From assembly GCA_964187785.1 (NCBI GenBank), contig OZ076409.1, forward strand, positions 58,778,001 through 58,842,000: a stretch of DNA of 64,000 nucleotides. The letters run 5' to 3'. Each line of letters starts with the position of its first letter. Within the stretch, counting starts at the first letter, position 1. Both the position numbers and the translations under genes were made by a program. Source of the DNA: Amphiscolops sp. MND2022. Its lineage: Eukaryota. The notes under the pieces were generated by a model, which saw only the letters and a list, made by a program, of their open reading frames with translations, was not told the DNA's origin and did no database searches. Shown one piece after another: positions 62,273 to 64,000 of the stretch.

Positions 62273-64000
62273 TACGTTTTTTACGTGTTCTCGTTTTATG
62301 CGACAAAGCTCAAAACCTATTCAACGTTTTCGTACGACCAGGATAAGTTTAATCGTTTAAATACTGTAATATTTTCCCATCTACCTCACCGAAATTCAAT
62401 TTTCTGATGAGGCTCAACAGTGGACATATTTTTGTCGAAAAACGCCGTCTAAAATACTTCAGCTTCTTTTCAAAAACAAAGGAAATGAATATCATAATTT
62501 AGTTGACAGCTTTAAGTTACCCGGGTCGACCCTCCATGGATATCTTAGTAAGATCTTTGCAAGATCTTGCCAAGATCTTGGAAAAATCTTAGCTAAGATC
62601 GTGACAAGATATTGCCAAGGATTGCAAGATGCCATGGTAAGATCTTATCAAGAGAGCCATGTTTCCAAGAAAAATCTTACTAAGAAGCCCAATATGGCAA
62701 GAAAAATCTAAGAACCGAGCCGAATATCACAAGAAAAAAATTGTTACGAACTGCTCGATATCGAGAAAAAGTAGAATCAGAAAACCATTCAATTAAGAGT
62801 TATGGAAAAATAATATAGACATCACCCAAAACAAAATTACTGAATGATTTTTACAACCATTTCGATATCGATATTGTTCTTTCAATTGCAAAACTGTCGC
62901 CAACAACGGCGTCAGAAAAGCCTTGAGCTGAATCATTACCCAAATTAGAGCAATGACCGCCGTTTCTAGCAGTAATAAGGCTGCTGAAACAGGCTCAAAG
63001 AAAGCTGGAAATATGATTTTTACAAAAGTTTCAGGATTTTAAGGTCTTTCCTTTGTAACTTTTCGATAGTCGGTCTGGACGTTTGAGAGCATATTTCTCC
63101 GCCTCTTCGAATCTGGAATCATGTTATAACCAACCGTTTGTAGACTTTCAAGCTTTCCGACTGATTGAAGAACCTCGGAAGAATCCATCAAAAACAAACT
63201 TTCCGTGACACGTTTTCTTGCCTATATAAACTTTTACTTTATACGAATATACGTGCCATACTAAATGGACACGAAAAATGTTCACTGACTCTGAATCAAA
63301 ACTGAATCTTGTTAAATTCTAGTTTCCAGGAGAAACGTAATGAGAATTTTTATTCACTATAGCGAAAATGGTGAAGTAAATGCCCGATTTAGTTGAGATA
63401 CTTTCACACAACATAAGATATGCGGAACAGAAGAGCTGAATGGTCTCAGAGAATATAAATTTTCTAAAACTGGTTCAATTTTGATTGACGAAATGATTGT
63501 TATTGTAGAATTATTTTGTTTCAAGAGGAAAAAGGTATAGAAAGGCTCCTATTTGTTTCTCCTCTATCAGATGTCATGGATCTTCGTCATCAATCAAGTT
63601 TCATGTGTTTCATCATGTTGGGGGGAGAAGACACACACCTGTGGTCTGCAACGGGCTCCTATAGCAACGCAAGTTTTCTCAACAAAATAAAATTGGAAGC
63701 TTTTCACTGTTGTTCAATGTAAAAGATAGGATTATATCGACATCAATTATAATATTCGACCGAAATTTCATAATGGTATTTGAACCTGGTCCATTTTCCG
63801 TGCCTGAGGGGTGGGGGCGAGAAACATGGTCCACCTTTTTTTCGTCTAGTTCAACTCGCTTTATGTTTTGTTTTGGTTTCCGAAAAATGATATAACATAA
63901 AGTTTGTTTCCCAATGCTGTGGGGTGGACGCTGAATAGACGTCCTGCTTTTCAACTCTGCGTCCTTTAGGATATATCTCCCCATAGTAAGCTATGGTACC

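Noticed and set aside
62397..62456. Hammerhead ribozyme-like CTGATGA...GAAA...GTC
   Set aside because: Stems I and III are out of register and stem II is only 3 bp; at best a dead relic. CTGATGA at ~28151/31417 lacks the remaining core.
58919..64000. Next ABCG exon (expected xTIxxTIHQP)
   Set aside because: No matching frame found by eye; RHQSS at ~63586 belongs to a dispersed repeat.

Overview
AT-rich, transposon-saturated eukaryotic (animal-like) genomic DNA with spliceosomal introns; the organism cannot be established from sequence alone. Host genes: (i) the 5' coding exon of a COG5 homolog on the minus strand (2055-2442), continuing leftwards; (ii) an unrecognised, probably secreted and GPI-anchored small protein in three exons (~33850-35095, +); (iii) the first four coding exons (nucleotide-binding domain) of an ABCG/white-family transporter (49924-58918, +; no later exon found in the window). 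The rest is mostly decayed mobile DNA: an internally deleted hAT, a ~4.1 kb Ty3/Gypsy element with LTRs, PBS, PPT and TSD, Bel/Pao, CRE-like and CR1/L2-like retroelement relics, a Helentron-associated (HINE/DINE-like) family, MITEs, a tRNA-derived SINE, a near-identical 3266-bp tandem duplication and several long palindromes. Most short ORFs in the supplied track are spurious translations of these repeats. The most notable observation is that intron 1 of the ABCG gene is bounded by a perfect 11-bp hAT-like TIR and a degenerate 8-bp TSD. It looks like a transposon insertion in coding sequence that became an intron, and exact restoration of the reading frame needs a non-canonical GG donor. All alignments were done by eye; repeat boundaries are approximate unless termini are quoted.
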